From an uncultured bacterium (GTDB lineage Bacteria; Babelota; Babeliae; Babelales; Babelaceae): 64,000 nucleotides of DNA. A program made the translations under genes and the position numbers. Positions 51,791 to 63,711 of this stretch are shown here, piece by piece; positions within the stretch are counted from its first letter, which is position 1, and each line of letters begins with the position of its first letter. Location of the stretch: assembly GCA_963824495.1 (NCBI GenBank), contig CAWGPQ010000008.1, forward strand, positions 160,001 to 224,000, given 5' to 3'. The notes beneath the pieces were generated by a model. That model did no database searches. It was not told the origin of the DNA and saw only the letters and a program-made list of their open reading frames with translations.

Positions 51791-53863
51791 TTACTTAATA
51801 ATCTTTAAGCGTATACGACCATTTTCACTGTCATAGTCAGTAACTTCTACGAGAAGTTGCTCACCTACTTGTATAGTTTTCATAAAGCTTTCCTGTTCTT
51901 GACGAGGTATGGTTGAAATATGCACCAATCCATCGACACCCGGGGCAATTTCGACAAAAATGCCAAAATCAGCAATACGCTTAACACGACCATGATAGCG
52001 GGTGCCACGCTCAATCTGTCCTGCTAGAGTTTTAACCCAGAGAACTGCTTGATCAAGCTTTTCACCGGGATGACCAAATATTTTGACTAAACCATCATCT
52101 TCTATATCAATGGTTGTTCCAGTTTTTTCAGTAATTTCCCGAATAGTTTTACCACCCGATCCAATGATAGCACCAATCTTATCGGTAGGAACTTTAAATG
52201 AAATAATTTGAGGAACGAGTTCTGAAAGCTGTGGCCGTGGTGCACTCATTATTTTTTGCATGTGCTGTAATATATATAACCTACCCTGACGTGCTTGTGC
52301 CAGTGCTTTTTCAAATACAGCACGTGGCAAGCCACCCTTATATTTGATATCCATTTGAATAGCAGTTATGGCTGTTGCAGTTCCTGCTACTTTAAAGTCC
52401 ATTAACCCCATTTCATCTTCAATACCAGCGATATCACTGATAACCCTAAATTCACTATCACGACTACGCAATAGTCCCATTGCTATACCACTTATCATAG
52501 TATGCATAGGTACCCCTGCATCTAAAAGTGCCATGGTTGATCCACAGACGGTAGCCATAGATGATGAACCATCCGATTCAAGAATATCGGCAACTATACG
52601 GATAGTATAAGGAAACTGCTCTCGAGAAGGCAACGCATATCTAAGAGCAGAAGCTGCTAGATATCCATGCCCTACTTCTCGTCTACTTGGTCCTCTCATA
52701 GGCCGGACTTCCCCAACCGAGAACGGAGGGAAGTTATAATGAAGCATAAACCTATCCATTGAATCGCCCATAAGCGTTTCAATTTTAGCCTCGTCTTGTC
52801 CGCCCCCAAGTGTCACGCTTGCCAGTGCTTGCGTTCGACCCCGCTTAAATAATGCTGACCCATGATTATAAGGTAGAAGCCCAACTTCTGTAGAGATAGG
52901 ACGAACTTGATCAAATGCTCGACCATCAATGCGCTTGTTAAGCTTAAAAATAATTTCGTTAATAACTTCACGAAGCGTGGTATCAAAAATATATTCAACA
53001 AATGTTTCAGAATTTGTTGTAGCAATTTCTTGTGCATAACGTTGCAAAAAAGCATGCTTAAGCTCAGCACGTACAGTACCTCGCTCAAGCTTATCAGCAG
53101 TCAACATACGCTGAACGTGCTCATCAGACAAAACAGATACGACACGCTCACGCCATAGTTGCCAATCAAACTGATCAACAATAGGCTCTTTTTCAACAAG
53201 AAGCTCTTCCTGTATAGTTTGCTGCCATACAACCTGCTCTTTAATTTTTTCGTGTGCTAGAAAAAGAGCATCTATAAACTCTGCTTCAGAGATTCCCTGC
53301 GCAGAACCTTCAACCATGCATATGCCCTCAGCGGTACCCGCAAAAATAAGCTTGACATCAGACTGTAAGCTTTGAGGGAATGTTGGGTTAATAACCCATT
53401 GAGCATTAAGCCGAGCAACTTCAGCTACACCGATAGGCCCAAGAAATGGTATCTTTGATGCAGTTAATGCAAGTGAGCTTGCAAGCAAAGCAAGTGTATG
53501 TGGAGCATGATCTTTATCAACAGAATATACTGTCACCAAAACCTGAAGCTGATTAAAATAATTAGTTGGAAATAATGGTCTGATAGACCTGTCTATTAAC
53601 CTGCTTGTTAATATTTCTTTATCGCTAAACTTACCCTCACGTTTAAAGTACCCCCCTGGTATTTTACCTGCTGCTGAAAAGTGCTCGCGATAGTCAACCG
53701 TCAATGGTAGAAAGCCCGGAAACTCAACAGAAGGTGCTGAAACAACGGTGGCAAGAACAACCGTACCCCCTTGTTGAAGCCATGCATCACCATCGGCTTG
53801 ACCAGCATATTTACCAATAGTTACTTCATACCCGCTGTCTGGCAACCTAAACCTTCTTTCCAT
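51791..53863 (-). CDS. pnp: Polynucleotide phosphorylase
   Basis: FLPLTVDY, HYNFPPFSVGE, SDGSSSMA, MDFKVAG, KH and S1 domains. Confidence 0.97.
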   Translation of the reverse strand: MERRFRLPDSGYEVTIGKYAGQADGDAWLQQGGTVVLATVVSAPSVEFPGFLPLTVDYREHFSAAGKIPGGYFKREGKFSDKEILTSRLIDRSIRPLFPTNYFNQLQVLVTVYSVDKDHAPHTLALLASSLALTASKIPFLGPIGVAEVARLNAQWVINPTFPQSLQSDVKLIFAGTAEGICMVEGSAQGISEAEFIDALFLAHEKIKEQVVWQQTIQEELLVEKEPIVDQFDWQLWRERVVSVLSDEHVQRMLTADKLERGTVRAELKHAFLQRYAQEIATTNSETFVEYIFDTTLREVINEIIFKLNKRIDGRAFDQVRPISTEVGLLPYNHGSALFKRGRTQALASVTLGGGQDEAKIETLMGDSMDRFMLHYNFPPFSVGEVRPMRGPSRREVGHGYLAASALRYALPSREQFPYTIRIVADILESDGSSSMATVCGSTMALLDAGVPMHTMISGIAMGLLRSRDSEFRVISDIAGIEDEMGLMDFKVAGTATAITAIQMDIKYKGGLPRAVFEKALAQARQGRLYILQHMQKIMSAPRPQLSELVPQIISFKVPTDKIGAIIGSGGKTIREITEKTGTTIDIEDDGLVKIFGHPGEKLDQAVLWVKTLAGQIERGTRYHGRVKRIADFGIFVEIAPGVDGLVHISTIPRQEQESFMKTIQVGEQLLVEVTDYDSENGRIRLKIIK

Positions 53864-53869
53864 ACCTAC

Positions 53870-54136
53870 TTATCCCCTAATACCTAAACGCTCAATAAGC
53901 TCTTTATAATGTTCTTCATCTTTTCGCTTAATATATTCAAGAAAGCGGCGTCTACGACCAACTAATTTCATAAGCCCCGTTTTTGAAGCGTTATCGTGAT
54001 GATGCTTCTTAAAATGCTCATTCAAGTGATTGATTCGCGTTGTAAGCAATGCAATTTGAAGTTGTATCGATCCCGTGTCATGGTCTGACATACGATAGCC
54101 ATGTATCAATTCTTTTTTCTTTTCTAATGAAAGCAT
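53870..54136 (-). CDS. rpsO: 30S ribosomal protein S15
   Basis: DTGS..QIALLT.RI, GLMKLVGRRRRFL. Confidence 0.96.
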   Translation of the reverse strand: MLSLEKKKELIHGYRMSDHDTGSIQLQIALLTTRINHLNEHFKKHHHDNASKTGLMKLVGRRRRFLEYIKRKDEEHYKELIERLGIRG

Positions 54137-54170
54137 AGAGTAACCTCATATATATAGTATACAGATATCA

Positions 54171-54242
54171 TAGGCGCGAGCGGATTCGGACCGCTGACCC
54201 CTGCTACGTCAAAGCAGTGCTCTACCACTGAGCTACGCGCCT
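54171..54242 (-). tRNA. tRNA-Val(GAC), CCA not encoded
   Basis: AGGCGCG/CGCGCCT acceptor stem, TAGCTCAGTGGTAGAGC D arm, CTGCT-TTGACGT-AGCAG anticodon arm. Confidence 0.93.
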
Positions 54243-54263
54243 TAATAATGATAATGATGAACA

Positions 54264-57200
54264 TTACGCTGCTGGCGGCGTTAATTGCTGCTCTTGGAAA
54301 GCCTGCTTTTCAATATATTTTTTCCTAAACGATGTTATTCCCGTTCCAGCAGGAATCAACTTACCTATAATAACATTTTCCTTTAATCCGTAAAGATAGT
54401 CAACTTGTCCTGAAATTGCCGCCTCGGCAAGTATTCGTGTTGTTTCTTGGAACGAAGCTGCAGCAAATACGCTCTCAGTTCCCAACGAAGCAAGTGTAAT
54501 ACCCATGAGTACGGGCTTTGCTACAGCAACTTTTTTGCCTTCTGCTTGAAGGGCAGCGTTGACGGTCTTAAAATGAATACGATCGACACGATCACCTATC
54601 AAGAAATCAGTATCTCCCGGATCAATAATGCGTACTTTGCGAAGCATTTGTCGAACAATTAATTCAATATGCCTATCGTTAATATTAATACCCTGAAGAC
54701 GATAGATCTCTTGAATTTGGTTAACAAGATAGCGCTGAAGAGTATCCGGCCCAAGAATACGCAAAATATCATGTAATACTGGGGCACCTGATGTTAAAGG
54801 ATCACCTGCGCTTACATGATCACCATTAACTACGTTCAACTGCTTGCCTCGAGGGATAAAGTAATCATATGACTCATCCCCGTTTACGACAGAGACTTTC
54901 CTTAAGCCTCTGTGAAGTCCACCAAAAACAACTTCACCATCGATATCAGCCAATATAGCTGGATCTTTTGGTGCGCGAGCTTCAAACAATTCAGCAATAC
55001 GGGGCAAGCCGCCTGTTATGTCTTTCGTTCGCGTAACTTCACGTGGCATTTTTACGAGAACGTCACCAACTTCAACGTGCTGATTTGGTTCAACGTTTAT
55101 ATGAGCCCCTGTGGGCAAATAATACTGTGCTATCTCATCGCCCTGCTGATTAAGAATACTTATAGCTGGTTGATATTTGTCACTCCTATGCTCAAGTACC
55201 ATCTTAGTAGATCGATTAGTTGCCTCATCAAATCGCTCTTGAACCGTTACGTTTTCCAACAGATCAACATACTGAACAATACCGGCTTGTTCCGTCAAGA
55301 TCACTTTATTATGAGAATCCCATTCAGCAAGTTTTGTACCGGGTGTAACTACATGACCATCGTCAACTAAGAGCACAGATCCATACTCAAGCTCATGGCG
55401 CTGAAGTTCCCGTCCATCGGGGGAAACGATAAGCAATCGAGCTTTTCTGCTCATAATAACGTTCTGACCCAAGCGGTTGCGTACGGTTTGTATACCCCGT
55501 AACTGAACGATACCATTATGTTTAGCACTAAATGATGATTGTTCACTCAGGCTTGCCGTACCTCCAATGTGAAAAGTTCTCATGGTTAACTGAGTACCAG
55601 GCTCACCTATAGATTGAGCTGCAATCGTACCGACTGCGGTACCAACATCGACAAGCTCGCTCTTAGATAGATCCATGCCATAACAAATAGCACAGACACC
55701 TCGTTTTGCTTGACACACAAGAACAGACCTAACGGCAACTTTTGAGACCGAAGAATTGGCCATTTTATCAAGATCATCGCGCCGAACAAGCGATCCCTGG
55801 GTAAACAGCAATTGCCCTGTAACTGGATCTTTGATATCAGTTGCTACAACGCGGCCATAGACTCGGTTAACCAAGTGATAAATAATATCACCTGACTCTT
55901 GTAAGTCTTCAAGTTCAATAAAGCCCAATGTTCTACAGTCGGTCATAGTTACAACAACATCTTGTGCGACATCAACCAAACGGCGTGTTAAATACCCAGA
56001 GTTAGCCGTTTTTAATGCAGTATCGGCTTGGCCTTTACGGGCACCATGCGTAGAAATAAAGTATTCAAATACACTTAAGCCATCTTTAAAATTGGTTTTA
56101 ACCGGCGTTTCCATAACTTCACCGGAAGGCTTAGACATAAGACCTCGCATACCAACTAACTGCTTAATTTGTTCTTTTGAGCCTTTAGCGCCTGAATCAA
56201 GCATCATAAAAATATTATTAAATGGTCTAAACGACCGGTTTTCATTTATAAATGCTTCTTGATCTTGTCGTTCAAGATCTTTTGCCATATTAGCGGCTAC
56301 CTCACCCGATGCTTGATACCAAATGCTAATTACTTTATTATAGCGTTCACCATTAGTAATAACACCGTCCATGTAGAGTTGTTCAATACGTTGAACCTCT
56401 TTTTCAGCCTTACGAATAATAGCATCTTTCTTTTCAGGAACAAGCAGATTCTCTATAGATATAGATAAACCACCCATGGTAGCTTGTTCAAAACCAAGCT
56501 TCTTAATATTATCTAAAAATTTAAATGTTGCTTCGCTACCACAACGGTAATAAACACGTTCTACCAGCTTGGTCAAATCAGATTTAGCCATAATCTTGTT
56601 AACCCATTGAAAGTCGCAACCCTCAGGCAATGCCTTAAAAAGCAGTACTCGCCCCACGGTTGTGTCGACAATTTTATCTGGACTTAAGCGTACTTTAATA
56701 CGAGCGTGAATAGCTGCTTTATTAAACTGATGTGCTGATACTACTTCATCAGGCGAAGCAAAAACTATATCCTCGCCTAACGCATGGGCACGCACTTTTG
56801 TTAAGTAATGCAACCCTAGCACCATGTCTTGTGAAGGAACTGTTACGGGACTACCACTCGATGGCGACAGAATATTTTTTATCGAAAGGATAAGCACCCG
56901 TGCTTCTTCTTTGGCTTCAGTGCTCAAGGGTACATGGACAGCCATCTGATCACCATCAAAGTCAGCATTAAATGCATAACATACAAGCGGATGTATCTTA
57001 ATAGCTTTACCATCGACCAGGATTGGATAGAAGGCTTGGATACTTAACCTATGAAGTGTCGGTGCACGATTTAAAAGTACCGGATGATCCTTTACAACTT
57101 CTTCTAAAACATCCCATACTTCAGGCAAGCTTTCTTCAACCATACGTTTTGCAACACGAAGATTAGGCGCAAGTTCACGCTCAAGTAATCCCGCATATAC

Positions 57201-58349
57201 GTGAGATTTAAAGAGCTCCAATGCCATAATTTTTGGCAGACCACATTGATCCATGCGTAACTCTGGATCAACAACAATAACTGATCGTCCGGAGTAATCA
57301 ACGCGCTTACCTAAAAGATTTTGTCTAAAGCGTCCTTGCTTACCTCGCAACATTTCACTCAACGATTTGAGTGGCCGACGGTTTGAACCACGTACGATTT
57401 GTCCACGGCGGCCATTGTCTATTAATGCATCGCAAGATTCTTGAAGCATGCGCTTCTCATTTTTAATAATTACTAAAGGTGCTTCAATTTCAATAAGACG
57501 CTGCAGTCGAATATTACGATTAAGTACACGACGATAGAGTTCATTAAGATCGGAGCTTGCAAATCGACCACCTTCAAGAGGTACAAGCGGACGCAAATCA
57601 GGCGGTAGCACGGGCAACACGCTCAATATCATCCATTCTGGTCGTAGATTCCCTTGAGTTAACCCAGAAAATATCTTAATGCGACGCATGATTTTATGTC
57701 GAGCGGCAACTGAAGCTGTTTTCGTATACTCTTCTTTTAGGCGTGTAATCTCAAGCTGTAGGTCAAACATACTTAATACTTGTCGAAGCGCTTCCGCACC
57801 AATTTCTGCAACAAATTCTGTATCTTCTGGATGAAGATCTTTATAGGTATCGTAATCAATAGTGCTCAGCAAAGACTTACGTGGATAGGGTGAACGACCT
57901 TGATGTACAACCATATATGCATCAAAGTAAACAACACGTTCCAAGTCTTTTACTGGCATATCGAGCATCAGCCCAAGATAACTTGGAATACCCTTGAGAT
58001 ACCAAATATGACAAACGGGTGCTACAAGCTCAATATGTCCCATACGCTCACGCCGAACACGCGATTGTATAACCTCAACTCCACATTTTTCACAGGTAAT
58101 ACCACGGTGTTTCATACGCTTGTATTTACCACAGTTGCATTCCCAGTCTTTTGTAGGACCAAAGATACGTGCACAAAATAAACCATCTCGCTCTGGCTTA
58201 AGTGTACGATAGTTGATCGTTTCTATCTTTTTAACTTCACCATATGATAATGATCGTATTTTATCGGGGGAAGCCAGACCTATTCTTATAGCGTTAAACT
58301 GGTTAGTTTGGATATATTCTCTAAATCGCTCAAGCATTCGATTAGTCAC
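54264..58349 (-). CDS. rpoC: RNA polymerase beta' subunit
   Basis: [30 protein letters not shown] 58349 has AAGGAGG RBS (track start 58367). Confidence 0.99.
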   Translation of the reverse strand: MTNRMLERFREYIQTNQFNAIRIGLASPDKIRSLSYGEVKKIETINYRTLKPERDGLFCARIFGPTKDWECNCGKYKRMKHRGITCEKCGVEVIQSRVRRERMGHIELVAPVCHIWYLKGIPSYLGLMLDMPVKDLERVVYFDAYMVVHQGRSPYPRKSLLSTIDYDTYKDLHPEDTEFVAEIGAEALRQVLSMFDLQLEITRLKEEYTKTASVAARHKIMRRIKIFSGLTQGNLRPEWMILSVLPVLPPDLRPLVPLEGGRFASSDLNELYRRVLNRNIRLQRLIEIEAPLVIIKNEKRMLQESCDALIDNGRRGQIVRGSNRRPLKSLSEMLRGKQGRFRQNLLGKRVDYSGRSVIVVDPELRMDQCGLPKIMALELFKSHVYAGLLERELAPNLRVAKRMVEESLPEVWDVLEEVVKDHPVLLNRAPTLHRLSIQAFYPILVDGKAIKIHPLVCYAFNADFDGDQMAVHVPLSTEAKEEARVLILSIKNILSPSSGSPVTVPSQDMVLGLHYLTKVRAHALGEDIVFASPDEVVSAHQFNKAAIHARIKVRLSPDKIVDTTVGRVLLFKALPEGCDFQWVNKIMAKSDLTKLVERVYYRCGSEATFKFLDNIKKLGFEQATMGGLSISIENLLVPEKKDAIIRKAEKEVQRIEQLYMDGVITNGERYNKVISIWYQASGEVAANMAKDLERQDQEAFINENRSFRPFNNIFMMLDSGAKGSKEQIKQLVGMRGLMSKPSGEVMETPVKTNFKDGLSVFEYFISTHGARKGQADTALKTANSGYLTRRLVDVAQDVVVTMTDCRTLGFIELEDLQESGDIIYHLVNRVYGRVVATDIKDPVTGQLLFTQGSLVRRDDLDKMANSSVSKVAVRSVLVCQAKRGVCAICYGMDLSKSELVDVGTAVGTIAAQSIGEPGTQLTMRTFHIGGTASLSEQSSFSAKHNGIVQLRGIQTVRNRLGQNVIMSRKARLLIVSPDGRELQRHELEYGSVLLVDDGHVVTPGTKLAEWDSHNKVILTEQAGIVQYVDLLENVTVQERFDEATNRSTKMVLEHRSDKYQPAISILNQQGDEIAQYYLPTGAHINVEPNQHVEVGDVLVKMPREVTRTKDITGGLPRIAELFEARAPKDPAILADIDGEVVFGGLHRGLRKVSVVNGDESYDYFIPRGKQLNVVNGDHVSAGDPLTSGAPVLHDILRILGPDTLQRYLVNQIQEIYRLQGININDRHIELIVRQMLRKVRIIDPGDTDFLIGDRVDRIHFKTVNAALQAEGKKVAVAKPVLMGITLASLGTESVFAAASFQETTRILAEAAISGQVDYLYGLKENVIIGKLIPAGTGITSFRKKYIEKQAFQEQQLTPPAA

Positions 58350-58369
58350 TGACGTCCTCCTTGCCACTC

Positions 58370-61300
58370 TTAAATAAATCTACTGCGAAGACCTAAACTT
58401 TGAAGCTCTTTAATCAATACATTAAATGATTCAGGTAAGCCTGGCTCTGGTACGTCCTCACCTCGCACAATAGCATCGCAAACCTTATGACGTCCGGGAA
58501 CATCATCAGATTTATACGTAAGCATTTCTTGTAACGTATAAGCAGCCCCTGATGCTTCCAATGCCCACACTTCCATTTCACCAAATCGTTGGCCACCCAT
58601 TTGTGCTTTACCACCTAATGGCTGTTGAGTAACAAGCGAGTAGGGACCAACAGAACGAGCATGCAACTTATCATCAACCATGTGATTAAGTTTCATGATA
58701 TACATAGAACCTACCGTAACCGGTTGATCAAAATACTCACCTGTTCGTCCGTCGCGCAACCTAAACGTTCCTGTATCAAGAGCTTGAACTTCACGTAATA
58801 ACGGTTGGATATCAGTTTCATAAGAGGCGCTGTCAAATACCGGCGTTTTATAGAACACGCCATGCTCAGCTGTATGTCGAGCAAGTGCCATGATGCCATC
58901 TTTACCTTGGGAATCTTCTATTTGGTCGATGAGATCTTTACCGTAATATTTATCAAGCTGTTTTCTAACCTCTTTAAACCCCTCGGTCTCGAGAAGAGCT
59001 TTAATTTTTTTACCAATCTCTACTCCAGCAAAACCCAACATAGATTCTAAGATTTGTCCAACGTTCATACGTGAAGGCACACCTATGGGATTCAGGATTA
59101 TATCGACCGGTGTTCCATCTGCCATATACGGCATATCCTCACGAGGTACAATGAGCGAAACAACGCCTTTATTACCGTGCCGTCCTGCAATTTTATCACC
59201 GGCTTGGATTGAACGCTTCATAGCAATATAGACCTTTACCATCTTGATAACACCAGAAGGTAACACGTCACCTTTCTTGAGACGATTAATTCGTTCTTCT
59301 TGTAGTCCTCCGAGAATACGGATTTGATTTTCAAGAGTAATTCTTAACTGCTCAAGAAGACTATTGGTCTGTTTGTCCTCAGTACGAAGCACCAAGAGTT
59401 CGCGAGCGCTTAATCCCGTTAATTTTGCTTGATCATAAACACCCTGGCGTAACAGCGCTTTAGCATTTTTAGCAACCTGAGGCGCTTTGCCTGAAAGCTC
59501 TTGTATAGATTTTTGGGTAACCATTTTTTCGAGCGTTGCAATATGCATTTCAAGCTCAGATTGAAGACGAGCTGTCTCTTTGGCTACGATGTCTTTATAG
59601 CGCTTATCTTTCCTCATGCCACTACGTGAAAAAAGCTTTACATCAATAACAGTGCCTTCAACACCCGGTGGAACACGCAACGATGTATCACGTACTTCGC
59701 GAGACTTTTCGCCAAATATAGCACGCAGTAATTTTTCTTCAGGAGAATACTGAATATCACCCTTCAGTGTAACTTTACCTACAAGAATATCACCTGGACG
59801 TACACGCGTACCAATACGTACAATACCATCTTCGTCAAGACCAGCTAATGCTGCTTCACTGACATTAGGAATATCACGTGTTATTTCTTCAGGACCTAAT
59901 TTAGTATCACGTGCGTCAGCTATGTGCTCATCGATATGAACTGATGTTAACGTATCGTCTGCTACCAGTCGCTTATTAAGAACAATAGCATCCTCAAAGT
60001 TATAGCCACGCCATGGCATAAGTGCTACCAAAAGGTTAGCCCCAAGCGCAAGCTCCTCACCAGTGGTTGAGGAAGCATCTGTTAGCATATCACCTACTTC
60101 GATGCTTTGACCACGTTCAACAATAGGAGATTGATGAATCCAGGTGCTATAACTTGAACGCTGAAACTTTCTTAAATAATAGATATCGACACCTTGCGAA
60201 ATCCAGTCTTCAATATTTTTAAATTCTTGCTCATGAGCCCGCACAACAATTTTCTCAGAGGAAACGTATTCTACGTTACCTGCTCGTTTTGCCACAATAC
60301 AGGATCCCGAGGCTCGAGCAATTTCTTTTTCCATGCCTGTACCAACACGCGGTGGTTGTGTTTTAATGAGAGGAACAGCTTGTCGTTGCATATTAGCACC
60401 CATTAACGCACGGCTTGCATCGTCATGTTCCAGAAATGGTATTAAAGCTGTTGCAACTGAGACTAACTGCTTAGGCGAAAGGTCAATATAATCAATACGC
60501 TCTGCATCAGCATAGAGAAAATTGCCCTGATAGCGTGCAAATATATCATCACCTTGAAGATGAGAAGGGTCACGCTTTGACATAGCATCAGCCTGTGCAA
60601 TATACTTAGACTCTTCTTCAAAGGCGTCTAAAAATACAACATTATCTTGAATTGCGCCGTTGCGTACAGGGCGATACGCCGTTTCAATAAAGCCTAAGTC
60701 ATTTACCATCGCGTAGGTTGCTAGCGAAGAAATTAAGCCAATAGTCTGACCTTCAGGAGTCTCAATAGGGCAAATACGGCCATAGTGTGAGTTATGGACA
60801 TCGCGGATCTCATAGGTAGCTCGGTCTTTAAGCACGCCACCCGGTCCAAGAGCTGAAAGCCGACGCTTATGTGCTATTTCAGATAACGGATTAGTTTGAT
60901 CCATAAATTGAGAGAGCTGACCAGTACCAAAAAATTCACGAATAACTGCACTAAGCGGTTTTACATTAAGAAAGTCTTGTGGCATGAGCGCGCCATGAGC
61001 TTCTTGAATCCTAAAGCGCTCCTGTACAATACGATCAATACGCAAAAGGCCAAGATAGACCTGGTTTGTAAGCAGTTCACCAACTAAGCGCACACGACGA
61101 TTGCCTAAATGATCGATATCGTCAAGCTCACCTTCACCTCGTTCACGCAAGCCAACAAGATATTTGATTGTTGCAAAGATATCTTCTTTGGTCAGAACAG
61201 TACTGTCTTCTGGTATTGCCAAGCCTAGTTTTCGATTCATCCGAATACGGCCTACTTTAGTGAGATCGTATAATCGTGGATTAAAGAATAAATTTTCTAG

Positions 61301-62674
61301 ATGCTCTTTAACCTCTTTTAACGATGAACTATCGCCTGGCCATAACCGGGCATGAACTTCTTTTAATGCATCTTCCTCGGAATACGCCTTATCCTGTGTA
61401 AGTGTTAGCGGGATAGTTGGCTGCAAAACATAGCCAGATGATACGATAAGTTGGAAGCTCAGTGATGGAAACTTTTTAAACAGTTCATAATGCTCTTCGG
61501 TAAAAGCTTGACCTTGCTCAGCAAGAATCTCGCCCGTATCCGGATCTATAACGTCAGCACCAAATATACGATTAATAAGCGCTGCTTTACGCAACATCAA
61601 GCGGTCAATACCTGCCTTTTCAAGACGAACTATTAGTTCCCGTGTGATGCGCTTACCTGCATAATAGTCTTCATCTTTAAGTGTCGTCATGCCTTTTTCA
61701 AAGCGCATACCCAAAATACTTGTATCAAGTTTTTGGTAATATTCACCGTGTTCGACAAAGATCGTATCAAAAGTATAAAAGAAAGGGATAATCTTATCAC
61801 GAGGAACTCCCAGCGCTTGTAGGAACGTTGTAACAAGAATTTTCTTCTTCTTATCAATACGTACATATAAGATATCGCTACTATCAAACTCGAAGTCAAC
61901 CCATGAGCCACGCATTGGTATAATACGTGCAATATAGTATGCCTTGCCCCTCACATCTTTTACTTTTTTACTGTGAGAAAAAATTACCCCTGGCGAACGA
62001 TGAAGCTGGCTGACAATTACTCGATCAACACCATTGATAAGAAATGTTCCTAAATTACCCAGCTTAAAACGCCCATCTTCTTCATAAAGATCAGCCATAA
62101 CGGGTACATCTGCAAAAAAGATATCTTGTTCTTTAATGTCACGTACAATTTTAGCTCCAGCTGCATCACTATCCCAGCTAATCAGCTGCATTTTTACCTT
62201 AAGTGGCATGGAGAACGTTTGCCCACTTGCACGACACTCATCAAGGGTGAGCGGTAATTGCACGGTAACCCTTGCTAAACAGTTAGGACAGGTCTTATAT
62301 CGTGCCGTTTTATTATGACAAAACCGACATTCAAGATCAGGTGTCAAGCGCGATGCATCCGATTTTTTACACGAAGAACAGCTCCATGTATAACGATTGG
62401 TTATACCTGTTATTTTGCCACAGGTACATGCCCAATGCCCTAGCTCATAGCTTACGTATTCTAGTGACATTTTGTCACTGTAATCTATAGGGAAAATATC
62501 TCGAAAGACCTTCTCTAACCCAATTATCTGACGCTCAGATGGCAAGTAATCGAGCTGAGCAAACTCATTAAACGATCGTGACTGAATTTCTATTAAGTTA
62601 GGGACGGGAACTATATCCTTGATCTTGCCAAAAGATCTTCGAACAGTTTCCTTGCTTGTGCGCAAGCTAGACAT
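58370..62674 (-). CDS. rpoB: RNA polymerase beta subunit
   Basis: SQFMDQTNPL, GDKIAGRHGNKG, GGQRFGEME; Cys-rich insertion near N-terminus; last codons look frameshifted. Confidence 0.99.
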   Translation of the reverse strand: MSSLRTSKETVRRSFGKIKDIVPVPNLIEIQSRSFNEFAQLDYLPSERQIIGLEKVFRDIFPIDYSDKMSLEYVSYELGHWACTCGKITGITNRYTWSCSSCKKSDASRLTPDLECRFCHNKTARYKTCPNCLARVTVQLPLTLDECRASGQTFSMPLKVKMQLISWDSDAAGAKIVRDIKEQDIFFADVPVMADLYEEDGRFKLGNLGTFLINGVDRVIVSQLHRSPGVIFSHSKKVKDVRGKAYYIARIIPMRGSWVDFEFDSSDILYVRIDKKKKILVTTFLQALGVPRDKIIPFFYTFDTIFVEHGEYYQKLDTSILGMRFEKGMTTLKDEDYYAGKRITRELIVRLEKAGIDRLMLRKAALINRIFGADVIDPDTGEILAEQGQAFTEEHYELFKKFPSLSFQLIVSSGYVLQPTIPLTLTQDKAYSEEDALKEVHARLWPGDSSSLKEVKEHLENLFFNPRLYDLTKVGRIRMNRKLGLAIPEDSTVLTKEDIFATIKYLVGLRERGEGELDDIDHLGNRRVRLVGELLTNQVYLGLLRIDRIVQERFRIQEAHGALMPQDFLNVKPLSAVIREFFGTGQLSQFMDQTNPLSEIAHKRRLSALGPGGVLKDRATYEIRDVHNSHYGRICPIETPEGQTIGLISSLATYAMVNDLGFIETAYRPVRNGAIQDNVVFLDAFEEESKYIAQADAMSKRDPSHLQGDDIFARYQGNFLYADAERIDYIDLSPKQLVSVATALIPFLEHDDASRALMGANMQRQAVPLIKTQPPRVGTGMEKEIARASGSCIVAKRAGNVEYVSSEKIVVRAHEQEFKNIEDWISQGVDIYYLRKFQRSSYSTWIHQSPIVERGQSIEVGDMLTDASSTTGEELALGANLLVALMPWRGYNFEDAIVLNKRLVADDTLTSVHIDEHIADARDTKLGPEEITRDIPNVSEAALAGLDEDGIVRIGTRVRPGDILVGKVTLKGDIQYSPEEKLLRAIFGEKSREVRDTSLRVPPGVEGTVIDVKLFSRSGMRKDKRYKDIVAKETARLQSELEMHIATLEKMVTQKSIQELSGKAPQVAKNAKALLRQGVYDQAKLTGLSARELLVLRTEDKQTNSLLEQLRITLENQIRILGGLQEERINRLKKGDVLPSGVIKMVKVYIAMKRSIQAGDKIAGRHGNKGVVSLIVPREDMPYMADGTPVDIILNPIGVPSRMNVGQILESMLGFAGVEIGKKIKALLETEGFKEVRKQLDKYYGKDLIDQIEDSQGKDGIMALARHTAEHGVFYKTPVFDSASYETDIQPLLREVQALDTGTFRLRDGRTGEYFDQPVTVGSMYIMKLNHMVDDKLHARSVGPYSLVTQQPLGGKAQMGGQRFGEMEVWALEASGAAYTLQEMLTYKSDDVPGRHKVCDAIVRGEDVPEPGLPESFNVLIKELQSLGLRSRFI

Positions 62675-62716
62675 TAAGCTGCTCCTCGTATTACCAAAAA
62701 CTGTTTCACCTGCGGA

Positions 62717-63115
62717 TTATGAAACCTTAACTTTAGCTCCAGCTGCTTCAAGTGCTTCCTTCATAGCCTTTGCTTCATCTTTAGATGCAGCTTCAGCAAT
62801 AACCGTTGGCGCTTCTTCAACAGCTTTTTTAGCATCAAGAAGTGTTAAATCTTTCTTGACTTGTCGAAGCGCTTTTATGGTCTTAATTTTATCGGTACCT
62901 CCATCAAGCAGTTCAACTTTATAGGAGGCCTTTTCTTCCTCCTTTTTAGCTTCAGCTGTTGGAGCTGCCGCACCCGCAGGCGCCATCATAGACATCGTTG
63001 GCATCGTCGCAGAAACACCAAACTTTGCCGCTAAACGATCTTTAAGCTCTGCAAGTTCAAGCACCTTAAGATTAGCTATATCATCAATTATTTGATCAAG
63101 TGATCGTGTCGCCAT
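62717..63115 (-). CDS. rplL: 50S ribosomal protein L7/L12
   Basis: KFGVSA, KIKTIKALR, LEAAGAKV. Confidence 0.96.
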   Translation of the reverse strand: MATRSLDQIIDDIANLKVLELAELKDRLAAKFGVSATMPTMSMMAPAGAAAPTAEAKKEEEKASYKVELLDGGTDKIKTIKALRQVKKDLTLLDAKKAVEEAPTVIAEAASKDEAKAMKEALEAAGAKVKVS

Positions 63116-63172
63116 AATAGTCTCCCTATAGCGTATTTCTTAAAACATCTCTTACGTTAACAGTATCCGCCA

Positions 63173-63685
63173 TTATTGGCGTGACGCTTGGTCGAGTATC
63201 CACAAGAAATCCGCTACGACCCGTTGTAAAAGGCCTACGAATGATGCAAGTGGAGCTTCCAATACACCACATGTTTGTGCTTGGAGTACCTCTTTTGGTG
63301 GCAGTGACGCTAACGATATCACGCCATCTTTACCGATAACATGCGTATCTAAGCAACCTGCAACAATAACCAAACGTGAATTTTCTTTTGAAACATCCAA
63401 AAGAACTTTTGCTACAGCAGGCGATTCTTGACCAACAAATACAATACCAACCTGCTCTTTAAAATACGGATTAAGATCACGTATTCCTGGCATATCGCTT
63501 GTAGCAATCTTAAGCAAAGTATTTTTAGCAACCTTAAGTTGCCCACCTTGAGCACGAATATTTTTACGTAAGCCTTGCAGCTGGCTTACCGTCATACCCT
63601 GCACCACTATTACAAATGATGCTTGACTGTGTGAAAAATCTCCCTTAAGCGACTCAATAACCATCTCTTTTTCTTGACGATTCAT
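63173..63685 (-). CDS. rplJ: 50S ribosomal protein L10
   Basis: MNRQEK, KVAKNTL, LASLP. Confidence 0.94.
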   Translation of the reverse strand: MNRQEKEMVIESLKGDFSHSQASFVIVVQGMTVSQLQGLRKNIRAQGGQLKVAKNTLLKIATSDMPGIRDLNPYFKEQVGIVFVGQESPAVAKVLLDVSKENSRLVIVAGCLDTHVIGKDGVISLASLPPKEVLQAQTCGVLEAPLASFVGLLQRVVADFLWILDQASRQ

Positions 63686-63711
63686 GCTAGTACCTCGTGT
63701 TCTCGTTATAC

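Noticed and set aside
58342..58372. rpoB-rpoC fusion
   Set aside because: Both candidate rpoB frames stop before or over the rpoC start and rpoC has its own RBS
54447..62924. Many 60-150 aa ORFs inside rpoC, rpoB, rplL and similar ones inside other genes
   Set aside because: Antisense or alternate-frame shadows without motifs or RBS support
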